A stretch of 63,858 nucleotides of DNA, the filler included, from Octopus bimaculoides (taxonomy: Eukaryota), in the NCBI RefSeq assembly GCF_001194135.2. It is 6 parts of 5 records of this genome, joined end to end, with 100 filler letters (N's around TTAATTAATTAA, not from the genome) between each part and the next. Parts side by side here need not be neighbours in the genome. Positions count along the whole stretch, not along the records: positions 42,592 to 60,410 come from NC_068983.1; positions 60,511 to 62,575 come from NC_068989.1; positions 62,676 to 63,858 come from NW_026402948.1; 3 more parts are not named here. The stretch is one strand, 5' to 3'. The notes under the pieces are model-generated. The model did no database searches. It was not told the DNA's origin and saw nothing but the letters and a program-made list of their open reading frames with translations. A program made the position numbers and the translations under genes. Shown here piece after piece: positions 52,460-63,858 of the stretch (positions within the stretch are counted from its first letter, which is position 1; each line of letters starts with the position of its first letter).

Positions 52460-52742
52460 GCGCGTAGCTGAGTTGTAATTTGGCTCGCGATCGTAAGGTC
52501 GTGAGTTCGATTCCTGGTGGAGCGTTGTGTCCTTGAGCAAGACACTTTATTTCACATTACGCCAGTCCACTCAGCTAGAAAAATTGAATTGTACCTGTGG
52601 ATCAAAGGGCTGGCCTTGAGAACTACGTTAAGGGTCCGCGTGTCTGTGGAGTGTTCAGCCACTTGCACGTTAATTTCGCGAGCAGGTTGTTCCGTTGATC
52701 GGATCAACTGCAACCCTCGTCATCATAACCGACGGAGTGCAC
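52460..52742 (+). mobile_element. Chimeric SINE: SINE-M-type head/core with SINE-R-type 3' tail
   Basis: 52460-52590 matches 10877-11015; 52600-52740 matches the 3' part of 49301 and 53801 (GAGAACTACGTTAAG..GATCAACTG..GACGGAGTGC). Confidence 0.8.
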
Positions 52743-53800
52743 AGTTTTAGTGCTTTCATTGGTCATAGGAGTTTTCTCTCTTCCATCAGCTTAATTGCAC
52801 ACACATTCATACATATATACATATACCATTACAACCAGTTTGTTGCATTTCGTAATTATTTAGAACGCAGATATCCATAAACATACACATCTACACACAC
52901 ACATACCTTTAGACCTACCTTTATAGCACTCGTGTACAGACTTCCATACATATCTTTAAATACATACATGTGTACATACCATTATGCACATATTTGTATG
53001 TATAGATAGATACGCATATCTTTATGCATACCATCATGGGGTATTTAAGTATAGTTAGTATTTACCTAAACGATATATGTAACTATAGATAAGCATTCAG
53101 GTAACTATTAAAAATACTAAGACATAACTTAACATCTGACTTGTGTGGGAGGTTACGTTAGATATTCTGTGGTTGTGTCAGTTGGTGTGTTTATGTGTAT
53201 GTGAGGGTATGTAAATGTGCATAAGTGTGTATGTATGTATGTATGTATGTATGCGTTATGAGTATGGTTGTTAAATGTTATGTATTAGCGCTTGTATATC
53301 TAGCGAATAACGCCGTAGGTAACATGATGAATATCGTAGCGGTTGAGGTGTAAGGATGGAGAGAGCGGTGATGTTCTAAATTGGAATGAAGAAAATATGT
53401 TTAAGGCGAATCGTTTAATGACTTCATGCTTTATCACTTCAATTTACATATTTCTTTGTAAGATGAAACTGTTTCCGTATGGAGCATATGGGCATGGAGG
53501 AGGGGTAGAAACATGCCATTCTAAAAATATCTTCAATATATCATTAAGTGCGGAGCCGGTGAAAATGACGTATTCTTCTTGGTGCTGAGGAATGGTATAG
53601 TTAACTACACTTCAGAGATCTATAATATCTTTCTGTATTATATTTTTGTTATATTATTTCGTTTGTATAAAGGCTGTGCTGACTGAGACAGTCAAGTGAT
53701 CATCAGACTGAATGACTTAAAGAATTCAACTTCGTTCTTTCTAAGGACTAAATTTCTGAATTAACTTTTCCATTTTTTTTTTCTTAGACTATAGACAGTT

Positions 53801-54181
53801 GGTGGAGGCGCAATGGCCCAGTGGTTAGGGCAGCGGACTCGCGGTCATAGAATCGCGGTTTCTATTCCCCAGACTGGGCGTTGTGAGTGTTTATTGAGCG
53901 AAAACACCTAAAGCTCTACGAGGCTCCGGCAGGGGATGGTAGCGAACCCTGCTGTACTCTTTCACCACAACTTTCTCTCATTTTTACTTCTTTCCGTTGT
54001 GCCTGTAATTCAAAGGGTCAGCCTTGTCACACCGTGTCACGCTGAATATCCCCGAGAACTACGTTAAGGGTACACGTGTCTGTGGAGTGCTCAGCCACTT
54101 GCACGTTAATTTCACGAGCAGGCTGTTCCGTTGATCGGATCAACTGGAACCCTCGACGTCGTAAGCGACGGAGTGCCAACA
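53801..54181 (+). mobile_element. SINE-R full-length copy
   Basis: GGAGGCGCAATGGCCCAGTGGTTAGGG head; probable TSD TATAGACAGTT / TATACACAGTT. Confidence 0.9.
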
Positions 54182-54382
54182 TATACACAGTTGATCCTAT
54201 TGCGCTAACATAATGTCAGTAGTTTTTATTTATTTATTTTAAAACTTCAAATATCGAGGCCGACATGTGAGCTCCAGCTTATCTCGGCAATAGAAACGAA
54301 GTGGTCGGTCCGAGAGGCCTAGGACAAGAAATCAGGTACAATTGAGCAAGTGACGATGTGCTGAGATTAAATGATCTGTCAA

Positions 54383-54600
54383 AAGGCGGTGAGCTGTCAG
54401 AAACGTTAGCACGCCGGGCGAAATTCTTAGCAGTATTTCATCTGACTTTACGTTCTGAGTTCAAATTCTGCCGAGGTCGACTTTGCCTTTCATCCCTTCG
54501 GGGTTGATAAATTAAGTACCAGTTGCGTACTGGGGTCGATTTAATCGACAGGCCCCCACCCCCAAAAAATTTCAGGCATTGTGCCTAGAGTAGAAAAGAT
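54383..54600 (+). mobile_element. SINE-N full-length monomer (tail-B)
   Basis: Complete head, core and tail; 17-bp TSD GATTAAATG(A/G)TCTGTCA at 54365-54381 and 54598-54614. Confidence 0.92.
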
Positions 54601-54776
54601 TAAATGGTCTGTCATGTGAGTTGTTTTCGTAAATGCCGGATTTTTTCCCTTTTGACTCGATGTGTACAGCATTGGCAGCAGAATCTAAGCGTTATCAATT
54701 CAGTGAACCTAAGAATAATTTGTTGAGAAATGATACGAGTAAAGAGAATATTTTTGACGGTTTTAGGTCAAATATA

Positions 54777-54979
54777 TGAGGGGTGCTGAAAAGTTCCTGG
54801 CTTTAAGGGTGTCACTGGAGGCCCAACCTTCCGAGTTCTTTTACAGGGCTTAGAAAACTGAAGGACCGCTGCAATAAGTGTGTGAATCTGAGAGGGAAAT
54901 ATGTTGAATAAAATCATAATTAACTGATCCTCCAGTATTTTCTTTTACCTAAAGCCAGGAGCTTTTCAGCACCATCTCG
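54777..54979 (+). mobile_element. Mariner-derived MITE, copy 2
   Basis: TA-flanked TIRs; interior encodes the transposase C-terminus DRCNKCVNLRGKYVE*. Confidence 0.88.
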
Positions 54980-56459
54980 TATACTCTATTGACAACCTTT
55001 ACTTGTTGAGTGATATTCTTAGCTTTTTCTATCAATTCACTTCTGTTACCTGGCACAGGGTCATTAGCATAGCAAACTACGTCAAAAAATGTAAGACTAA
55101 ACATTATCCCCAATGGTTTTCAATGGGAACTTTGCATTGCAAATTTCTATATCTCAGTAATTTTACTCCTCTAAAGGATTTTCTTTCGCTACAGCAGACA
55201 GTTATGTCAGACATCTCATATACGAGGACTAACTTTTGTTATCATAACAAACAGACTACGTAGTAGCACACCATAGAATATGTGAATTTATTCTGTATTG
55301 AAATACATATTTAATATTTCTCTGGTTTAGACGATCATATATTCTGTCTACACCAAATCTGAGTGCGAGTCATCTACGTTTAAACTGTAATACTTTAGTT
55401 TTCAAACCCACTCCATAGGTGATGTGTTACGTAAATAATAACCATGTTATTGTATATCTTGTATTTCTCAGCATTTCCCACCACAGCAGAGCAAAGATTT
55501 TAGGTGAGTTTGAAAACTTGAGTGGAACCTTCTTAAACTATTCGTTGATGTTGAGTATATTAAAACATCCACTTCGCTGAAGTTTCTTTTATTAAAATAT
55601 ACTTGTGCTTAATGCTTGATTAGTTGTCTTGTGTATGATGTTTCTAAAAACTTGCCAACTGCAGTGATCTCTTTATTAGCATATATTATATTACGTTTCC
55701 GTCTATATGCAATGGCTGGTCATTTTCTATATGCAATAACTAATCCTGAAAACTTCACAAAGTCAGCATTATTGTTTGTGATATACAATGCGTATAAAAA
55801 AGAATAATACTTTCAAAGTAGAAAAAGACTGCCAACTTGTTTAAACATTGCTTTTTTATTAAAAAAAACTTCACCTTGATGTTCAGAGATTTGTAAACTT
55901 CCTCCATGTTAATATACCTCTCATGTGTGATTAATCAACTGCTTTCGAGAGATTAAACTCATAGATAATATTACTTATGCAACAGTTACGAAAATATTTG
56001 GTTAACGATTTGGTCCATTGATCAATTAGACTTTAGTATATACCATCTAATATTCATAATGGACTATATTTTTTTATACTACCATTATAACAATTATCGC
56101 ATCAGTGAAGTTTGAGACGTTAGGTCCGTTTTCGCAATATCAACACTTAATTATCTGTCAAGTCATCTTTTAAATCTAAGTTAGGTTTCATGACGTTAAA
56201 ATACAGATCATTTTTTATTTAGTGCCAGAATACGATATTATATGCGCTGTCAACTATTTTTAAATGGTACTTACATCTTCCACAGAAGAAAAAAAAAACA
56301 ATGATATTAAAAATGCTAATTATCATAGCATTCAGTATATCTTACTTAACGTGGACATACTGTAGAATACTACAAACCTATTTTGAGTTAATACTTCTTC
56401 CATCACAGATAACCAACTAATTATTATTATTTGTTCTTTAATTTCAGAAAACAAGCATA

Positions 56460-56668
56460 ATTGATTTCAAATTTTGACGCAAGGCCAGCCAGTTTAGGGG
56501 AGGCAGATAGTCGATAGCATTGACCCCAGTGTTCAGCTGCTACTTATTTTATCGACCCCGAATGGGACGAAAGTCGACTTCGGCGCAATTTGAACTCACA
56601 ACGTAAAGACAAACGAAATGCTAAGTATTTTGCCCGGCATGCTAACGATTCTGCCAGCTCGCCACCTT
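56460..56668 (-). mobile_element. SINE-N copy
   Basis: Reverse complement AAGGTGGCGAGCTGGCAGAATCGTTAGC..GAGTTCAAATTGCGCCGAAGTCGACTTT. Confidence 0.88.
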
Positions 56669-56701
56669 ATAAGTGTTACATATTGATTTTATTCTTTTTT
56701 T

Positions 56702-56970
56702 TTACTCTATTTGTTTCAGTCATTTGACTGCGGCCATGCTGGAGCACCGCCTTTAGTCGAACAAATCGACTTCAGGACTTATTTTTTGTAAGCCTATCTT
56801 ATCAGTCTCTTTTGCCGAAACGCAAAGTTACGGGGACGTAAACACACCAACATCGGTTGTCAAGTGATGGCGGGGGACAAACACACACACACACACACAT
56901 ACACATATATGCGACGGGCTTCTTTCAGCTTCCGTCTACCAAATCCACTCACAAGGCTTTAGTCGGCCCG
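56702..56970 (-). mobile_element. SINE-C copy, 5'-truncated
   Basis: Close match to 18695-18980. Confidence 0.9.
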
Positions 56971-57665
56971 AGAGTTGACTCAGTCGGCAGGTTGACTTTG
57001 GTCGATAGGTTGACTCAGCTATAACATCATGACAGCCGCTATCTGTCGCACCTTGTCATTGATTTAACATCACATCAAAATGAACTAAACTAATGCTGCC
57101 AAGATTCGTGAACGTCTATCTACAAATGAGCGCATATATAAACAAACATATATAGGGAGCTTGTCTCCCTTGTCAGTCGATAGATAAGTGCTTTTGCAAG
57201 AGAAAATGTTCTGTTCGTGGCTAAGAGTTGTTTTAACTCTTATTTCTAGTAACGCTGATGCTTACTTGCACCCTTAGTCACTTTTAGTGACGTCTGTACT
57301 TGTGCCTTTTGGCTTTAAATTGCGACTAGCCACTCTAATAATTTATAATCACTTAAACATTTCATTGAATCAGCAAATGATTCGGATGGTATTTTCTATA
57401 AACTGACAAGGCGAGTTAGCTTTAACCCTAGGCAACGGAGTAGCGTCACGGATGAGAATTAATTTGATCTCAAACCACCGTGATATGGAGCCCTCGCTTG
57501 CTTAGGGTACATACCTTTCGTGTCAGACGATAGATAAATCCTGTGGTAACAGAAAAAGTTCTGTTCGTGACTAATAGTTGTTTCAACTCCTATTTCTAGC
57601 AATGTAGGTTTGTACTTTCATTTTAAATTGCGACTAACCACTTTGATAATTTATATATATATATA

Positions 57666-57727
<62 letters not shown>

Positions 57728-57894
57728 TTCATTATTAAAGCTTCAAAAACATCACAAAATTATCACGGAAACTGCTACTCAGTGTTTAACGTTCCCTTTC
57801 GTCGGACAGTTGTGATCATATATGTATGCATATACACACATATATGGATCTTTACATGAATGTACGTATATATATTATATATATATTCTTTTCG

Positions 57895-58140
57895 TTTTTG
57901 ACATGTTTCAGTCATTTGACTGCAACCATGCTGAAACACCGCCTTAAAAGGTGTTAGTCGAAGAAATCGACCCCAGGACTTATTTTTTTGTAAGCCTAGT
58001 AATTATTCTATCGGTCTCTTTTGCCGGACCGCTAAGATACGAGGATATAAACACACCAGCATCGGTTGTCAAAGGATGGCGTGGGGAGGAACAAATACAC
58101 ACAAACACACACACAAATATATATATATATATATATATAA
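57895..58140 (-). mobile_element. SINE-C 3' half ending in its internal CA/TA tract
   Basis: TTTCAGTCATTTGACTGC..ATCGACCCCAGGACTTAT..CACCAGCATCGGTTGTCAA. Confidence 0.88.
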
Positions 58141-58279
58141 AAAATTTAATAATAAGGGTAGAAATTGATATTAATCAATTAAAACCAGTGGCCTAGCATA
58201 TTTAAAAAATCCGAATATTAAAATTATATTACATACAAAAATAAGAGGAATGACTTTTGCTGGTCATTCCTCTTATTTT

Positions 58280-58310
<31 letters not shown>

Positions 58311-58567
58311 NNNNNNNNNNNNNNNNNNNNNNNNNNNNNNNNNNNNNNNNNNNNNNNNNNNNNNNNNNNNNNNNNNNNNNNNNNNNNNNNNNNNNNNNNN
58401 NNNNNNNNNNNNNNNNNNNNNNNNNNNNNNNNNNNNNNNNNNNNNNNNNNNNNNNNNNNNNNNNNNNNNNNNNNNNNNNNNNNNNNNNNNNNNNNNNNNN
58501 NNNNNNNNNNNNNNNNNNNNNNNNNNNNNNNNNNNNNNNNNNNNNNNNNNNNNNNNNNNNNNNNNTA

Positions 58568-58599
<32 letters not shown>

Positions 58600-58602
<3 letters not shown>

Positions 58603-60405
58603 GCCCTCGAATTCTCCTGCACCATTTCCAACACACCCGTCACTTTTCTCGACATTTCGATCCACAAACACCATTCCACTCTCACCTCCTCTATTCACTA
58701 CGAACACACTGACTCACACTTATACTTCAACTTCTCCGCCTCCCATCCTACCCACACCAAGCTCTCCATTCCCTACTCCCAATTCCTCCGTCTGCGCAGG
58801 CTCTGCAGTGACAACCATGACTCTGAAACTCAGTCTCAACTCATGGCTCACCACTTCATCCTTCGTGGATATCGTCTCACCACTATCCACACCGCCCTTG
58901 CCAAAGCTTGTTCCGTGGACCGTGCCTCTGCTCTCTCTTCTAGCACCCGCCTCACCGTTACCTCTCTTGTATCCCCTCACTTACCACCCCTCCACCCTGC
59001 CTCTCCAACGCACCATTCTCCGAGCCTTCTGGCCACTCCAGTCCGACCCCTCCACTTCGAACATCTTCCCCAACCTACCCCTCTCCTTCTTCAAACGAGC
59101 CCACAACCTACGTGACCTCCTGATCCACAGTTTCTTCCCTAAGCCCACCTCTCAACCTGTCTCGGTCCCATGCTTCCGCCCACGCTGTCACACTTGCCCC
59201 TACCTCTCCAACACCACCATTCTCACAAGCACCCATCATCGTCTCTTTCATATCACTGACTCCTTTACATGCACTTCTAGCAACGTCATTTACTGCACCT
59301 TCTGCTCTTTCTGTCCTTTTCTGTACATCGGTCAAACGGGACGCCGCTTGGCTGACCGGTTCGCAGAACACCTCCGAGACATTAGACTCGGCAACGACAC
59401 CCCGGTCTCGTGCCATTTCCGCTCTCCCGCTCATTCATTGCAACACCTGTCTGTGTTTGGATTGTCTTTGCACGGGAGCCATCTGGACTCCCGCCTTCCT
59501 CATGAACAGGAATTAATCTTCTCTCTTCGCTCCTTTGAGCCACATGGGCTCAACTTCCCTCCCCTCTTCACCTGACTCCCCTCCTCTCTCCACTCTTCCT
59601 CACAAACCTACTGCCTCTCTTCACTCCTACCCACCTTCTTTCATCGTTACCTTCTCCCTTCATTACTACCCTCTCCCTTCATCATTACCCCTCCATCCAC
59701 ACCTTACTCCTACACATCCCAACCCCACCATCCCAACACATACAAACCCCACCACTCCACATCCTCACCCCAAACCCCACACCCAACACTACACACCACA
59801 TCATACTAAACCACACCACACACCACCACAGCGCAACACACCAAATATCACAACATCACACATCATCACACCACACCACTACACCACCACAACACAACAC
59901 ACCACACATCCCCACACCACACCGCCACACCACATCACATCACCCCGCGCACACTAGCACTGACCACTTCCTAACACCCACAGCACACGACCAGACAACC
60001 ACACCACATCATGCCACACAACACCGCATCACACCACATCACACCACCCCACACACTAGCATTGACCACTTCCCAGCATCCACACCTACACATTACAAAA
60101 CGCACAAACACACTCACATACAGACGCACGCGCACCTTCGTTTTGGGATCACCAATACTTTATCATTCCCCCTTCTTCCTAGCTCTCCTGTCTAACTACC
60201 TCTTTCCAGCCAGCCGCTATGATTGACCTCTAGCCGCTAAAGCTTTTTTTTATTCTCTGCTTATTTTCTCGTGTTCCTTTCTGTTGAAGAGCGTAGACTC
60301 GAAACGTAAAAGACTTTCTCACTTTCCCAAGCGTTAAACTAATACACCTTTTTGTTGTTTATACACCTGTCTTCGTCTTTTGTTTTCCTGTAAATTCCAA
60401 CTATA
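58600..60405 (+). mobile_element. Penelope-like element, 5'-truncated: RT C-terminus, GIY-YIG endonuclease, 3' region and pLTR
   Basis: FLDI, TDSHLYFNFSASHPTHTKLSIPYSQFLRLRRLCS; after a frameshift near 58960: PLTYHP, CFRPRCHTC, FTCTSSNVIYC..C..C..LYIGQTGRRLADRFAEH, HGLN*; the Cys-rich linker suggests the Neptune group (inference). Confidence 0.92.
60277..60312 (+). ncRNA. Minimal type I hammerhead-like motif in the Penelope pLTR (variant core)
   Basis: Stem I CTTT/AAAG, core CTGTTGAA, stem II GAG/CTC, GAAAC-GT palindromic stem III, putative GUA cleavage triplet. Confidence 0.5.
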
Positions 60406-60410
60406 TATAT

Positions 60411-60510
60411 NNNNNNNNNNNNNNNNNNNNNNNNNNNNNNNNNNNNNNNNNNNNTTAATTAATTAANNNNNNNNNNNNNNNNNNNNNNNNNNNNNNNNNN
60501 NNNNNNNNNN
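60411..60510. other. Artificial scaffold linker
   Basis: N44-TTAATTAATTAA-N44. Confidence 0.95.
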
Positions 60511-60793
60511 ATCATTGCCAGTGCCCCTGGACTGGCTCTTGTGCGGGTGGCACATAAAATACACCATTGTGAGCGTGGCCGTTGCCAGTACCGCCTGACT
60601 GGCCTTCGTGCAGGTGGCATGTAAAAGCACCCACTACACTCTCAGAGTGGTTGGCGTTAGGAAAGGCATCCAGCTGTAGAAACTCTGCCAAATCAGATTG
60701 GAGCCTGGTGTAGCCATCTGGTTCACCAGTCCTCAGTCAAATCGTCCAACCCATGCTAGCATGGAAAGCGGACGTTAAACGATGATGATGATA
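60511..60793 (+). mobile_element. RTE-related SINE 3' part with (GAT)n tail
   Basis: GGTTGGCGTTAGGAAAGGCATCCAGCTGTAGAAA..GTCCAACCCATGCTAGCATGGAAAGCGGACGTTAAAC-(GAT)n; family assignment from recall. Confidence 0.7.
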
Positions 60794-60929
60794 TATAGAC
60801 ACACACACACACACACTCACATATAGACATATGTTTATGTATGTGATAGAGTGAGAGAAAGAGAGAGAGACTGTGTACTTGTAAATGGATGTGCCTTATA
60901 TTGATACTGCTTCAGAAATGTGTGCTTGT

Positions 60930-61730
60930 GTTCCACAAATGCTCATCTAGTCAGCTGGAGCCGGCAGTTAGCAATCCATTTCTACCTCATTTCCAGATTG
61001 TAGGAAAGATTTAGCATATAGGATCCATCATTTTCCCTTCGAGGTACAGCTTAGCATCATCTGCATATTCAAATTACCATCTATATCCATTAATATATGC
61101 AACAAACAACAAGGGAGGCCTTCAGTAATCTGACCCATGTGAGGACTGCAGAGAGAGAGAGAGAGAGAGTGAGAGAGCCAACTGGAGAATGAGGCCTCTG
61201 TTTCAAGTGCACATATTTCCAGAACACTTGACTATCTGGAATGGTTACAAATGAAATTTAAGTACTGCCTTTTTAGTCATCTGCTGGATATTATTGGACA
61301 CAATTGTGCCTTCTTCCATTATCCTCTGTATTCACACTCAACATTTTGTTCTCCTTTCATGGCAAGACTGTTGTCACTCAAATTGCACTTTGGGGGTCTC
61401 TAATGCATTCATGTGGTACTGATGCTTGGCATAGGGCCCAAACTGAAGTGAGAATGCACTAAAGGATATTGACATCTCTAATACTATCTAATACTGCAGT
61501 TTTAGTGTTGTGACTCAGTGTACAATAAAAGTTCCAGTCAGCTTTGCTCCAGTAAGCAGTTTGGTAGTGATGGCAGATTTTCTTTCTGCTCACAAGAAAC
61601 AGATTGGCAATATCATAGCATAGTTGGCATTACCTAAATGTTCCTCAGTAGTAATGCTGATTTTAGGAATAGTGGTAAATAACACATCCAAAGTGTTGTT
61701 ACTTCTTGGAGGCAAATGACAACTTCTACC
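60930..61730 (-). pseudogene. Degraded CR1-like LINE ORF2 relic with internal deletion
   Basis: Minus strand, in correct order: PPRSNNTLDVLFT..LGNANYAMI (end of APE), KADWN, FWKYV, PLLFVAYIN, YADDAKLY. Confidence 0.78.
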
Positions 61731-62575
61731 CATTACCCATACAGGTTTATAGTGATAAAAAAATAAAAATACCCACATAAAACCATCACCTAGGGTGAAC
61801 TGCTCCCACTGACCCCCAACCTGTACCCAGCTATACTTCTGGGCAAACCCACTCTTGACCACTGATTTCTAGCTGGGTTAGTAACAGAGATCAAAGTTTA
61901 GTTATACCAAACCATGAGCCATGAGTTCTAAATTCTTTGTCCCATCCCCTATCAAGTTCAAAAGCCTTCCAAAGGTTATGAGTACTATTCACCCACCTTT
62001 GATGAAGTCATTAAAAAAAAAAGTGTAATAAAAAAAATGCTAGGTAGTGTGGTGACATCTACAAAGATCTCCTTTCTTTCAACTGGGCAGGCAGTTATAG
62101 ATTTCTCACAATTGCAATACAAGTACATACATGCAGGAGAGACATGAAATGCTATGATACAGAGTATGGAGTGATGGAAGGCAAAAAGGAGAAGAGAAAT
62201 GTAGAGGAAGAGAGACGTATCTGATAAGAAAACAAGCAACATCATTATTATATGTACAATGCAATCACAGCAAACATCTTTTTATCATATACAAAATCAA
62301 TCAGAAACTCACTTCATTAGCCACAGATAAAGCCTGTAACAGAAGTACAACTTGGAGCACATAACCATAGCAGAATAACTGAAGGTTTACCCCACCCCCC
62401 ACCCCAAATACCATTATAAAGAAGACCAGTTCTAACAGCGTCAATGGAACTCAAATATTTTGGCATAACTAAAACAATGGGATTCAACAGAAAACTTTTG
62501 TGAAAACAACCATCTCTGAATGTGGAAAAGGAAAAAAAAATCCAGCAGTCATTAAGTGGATTAGTGGACAGTAAT

Positions 62576-62675
62576 NNNNNNNNNNNNNNNNNNNNNNNNN
62601 NNNNNNNNNNNNNNNNNNNTTAATTAATTAANNNNNNNNNNNNNNNNNNNNNNNNNNNNNNNNNNNNNNNNNNNN
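62576..62675. other. Artificial scaffold linker
   Basis: N44-TTAATTAATTAA-N44. Confidence 0.95.
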
Positions 62676-63858
62676 CAACTTAGCATGGAAAAAATAGAAA
62701 TCCGCTTGATGGAGGCCTTTGCAGAGGCTTAATTGGCTGGGTATGAAGGAGAATCGCTGGACCGGACGGTTAAGTTAGCGTTTGTGACTGGATTTCCTGA
62801 CATGTCAGTCGAGTTGTAAAAGCTGGCGAACGTTAACTCTATGGTGATGGCAGACATTATATCTCGGGCTCACGTGCTAGTTTCGTGTTGCAGGACGCCG
62901 CCGGTAGCAGCGACTGCTACAACGAAAAGTGGCCGAGCAAGGAGTAGTGGAGAGGGGTCAAACAAGGAATGTGTGCGACCATTCAAAGGACAGTGTTTCC
63001 AGTGTCAGGGATCGCACATGGTGCGAGACTGCAAGTCACTCAAGCCTGAGGTCATTTGCTACCGGTGTTGAGAAATAGGACATATAGCCAGCGAATATCT
63101 GCAAGGAAACGGTCTAAGGGAGACTACTGTACTGGTAGTTATCCCTTTGGATCAATAGAGGCTCGTTTGTTGTTACCTGTAGTCAACATTCTGGTGGAGA
63201 GGAAGATGTTGCGAGCACTTGTGGACACAGGCTCTACGACGACCCTGATGACTCCAGAAGTGGTAGAAACGTGGAGTGGAGAAAGCAGTGTAAGGGCAGT
63301 CGACGGAAGAGAGGTACACTGTGAAGGCATTACAGATGTGCAGGGAACAAAGCTGACGCCTCAAGCAATTGTAGTTGGCCACTTGGTGGGCGAGATTGTC
63401 AACAAGTCCTGTGTAACATTTGGGGTTGTGGGGAAACCGTGTATGGCGAGACTGTGCATTGGTGAGAACCGCGAGGAAAACTATGCAGCACACACCATTG
63501 AAGACCAGGACTTTTGTGCTGTCTTCGATGGCCAGAGGTGGACAGTGGAGTGGCACTGGAAGGGAAAGCCCCCAACGTTAAAAAATAAAGTGGGCTGCTA
63601 TCAGCATACTCTGAAACGAGATGCCAGAAGCGAGTTCGAGGGGGAGGTGGAGCGGTGGATTAAGGAGGGCATATTGATCCCTTGGGAAAAAGAAGTAGAA
63701 AGCGGAATCCTGCCGCTGATGGCGGTGGTACAGTCCACAAAGCATAAGGTCAGACCAGTGCTTGACTTCCGAGAGCTGAATGACCATGTATCATGTCATA
63801 CGGGCGGTGAGGCCACAGATGTCTGCGGGGATACCTTGCGAGAGTGGAGGCAGATGAC
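62676..63858 (+). mobile_element. LTR retrotransposon internal fragment (Ty3/Gypsy-like order gag-PR-RT)
   Basis: Gag knuckles CFQCQGSHMVRDC and CYRC*EIGH; protease LVDTGS; RT start GILPLMAVVQ..KVRPVLDFRELN; pol frame open from ~63107 to the window end. Confidence 0.88.
63104..63145 (+). promoter_or_regulatory. Putative -1 ribosomal frameshift signal (gag to pol)
   Basis: A-GGA-AAC (one change from G-GGA-AAC), 7-nt spacer, hairpin GGGAGACTAC/GTAGTTATCCC; pol is in the -1 frame. Confidence 0.6.

Noticed and set aside
53801-53875. tRNA genes at SINE-R/M/N/C heads (also 10875, 49301)
   Set aside because: A and B boxes are present but there is no closed cloverleaf, and each continues into SINE body, tail and TSD

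Overview
Repeat-saturated, gappy animal genomic DNA. The SINE families and extreme microsatellite load suggest an octopus/cephalopod draft assembly (inference, not database-confirmed). The window is six separate scaffolds joined by artificial N44-TTAATTAATTAA-N44 linkers, so adjacency across linkers is meaningless. I find no intact host protein gene, rRNA, tRNA gene or CRISPR array, and nearly all listed ORFs are microsatellite or N-gap artefacts. The real content is mobile DNA. There are four or more tRNA-headed SINE families (my labels: SINE-N, SINE-C, SINE-R, SINE-M). Non-LTR relics include RTE, CR1-like, an R4/Dong-like RLE element and an L1/Tx1-like APE fragment. There is also a Penelope-like GIY-YIG element with a hammerhead-like motif, a mariner relic plus mariner MITEs, and a gag-PR-RT LTR element with a -1 frameshift signal. 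The best candidate for an undescribed system lies in scaffold 42592-60410. Three diverged ORF1 (gag-like) retroelements each begin inside the tRNA-like head of SINE-N. One of them splits a SINE-N copy with a target duplication and appears to encode ORF1 only. It ends in the same TAGCC...AATAAAGAAA tail as a SINE-N subfamily whose copies are always followed by another SINE-N head. This suggests a SINE-targeting L1/Tx1-like family with ORF1-only and SINE passengers. That interpretation is inference and needs genome-wide testing.
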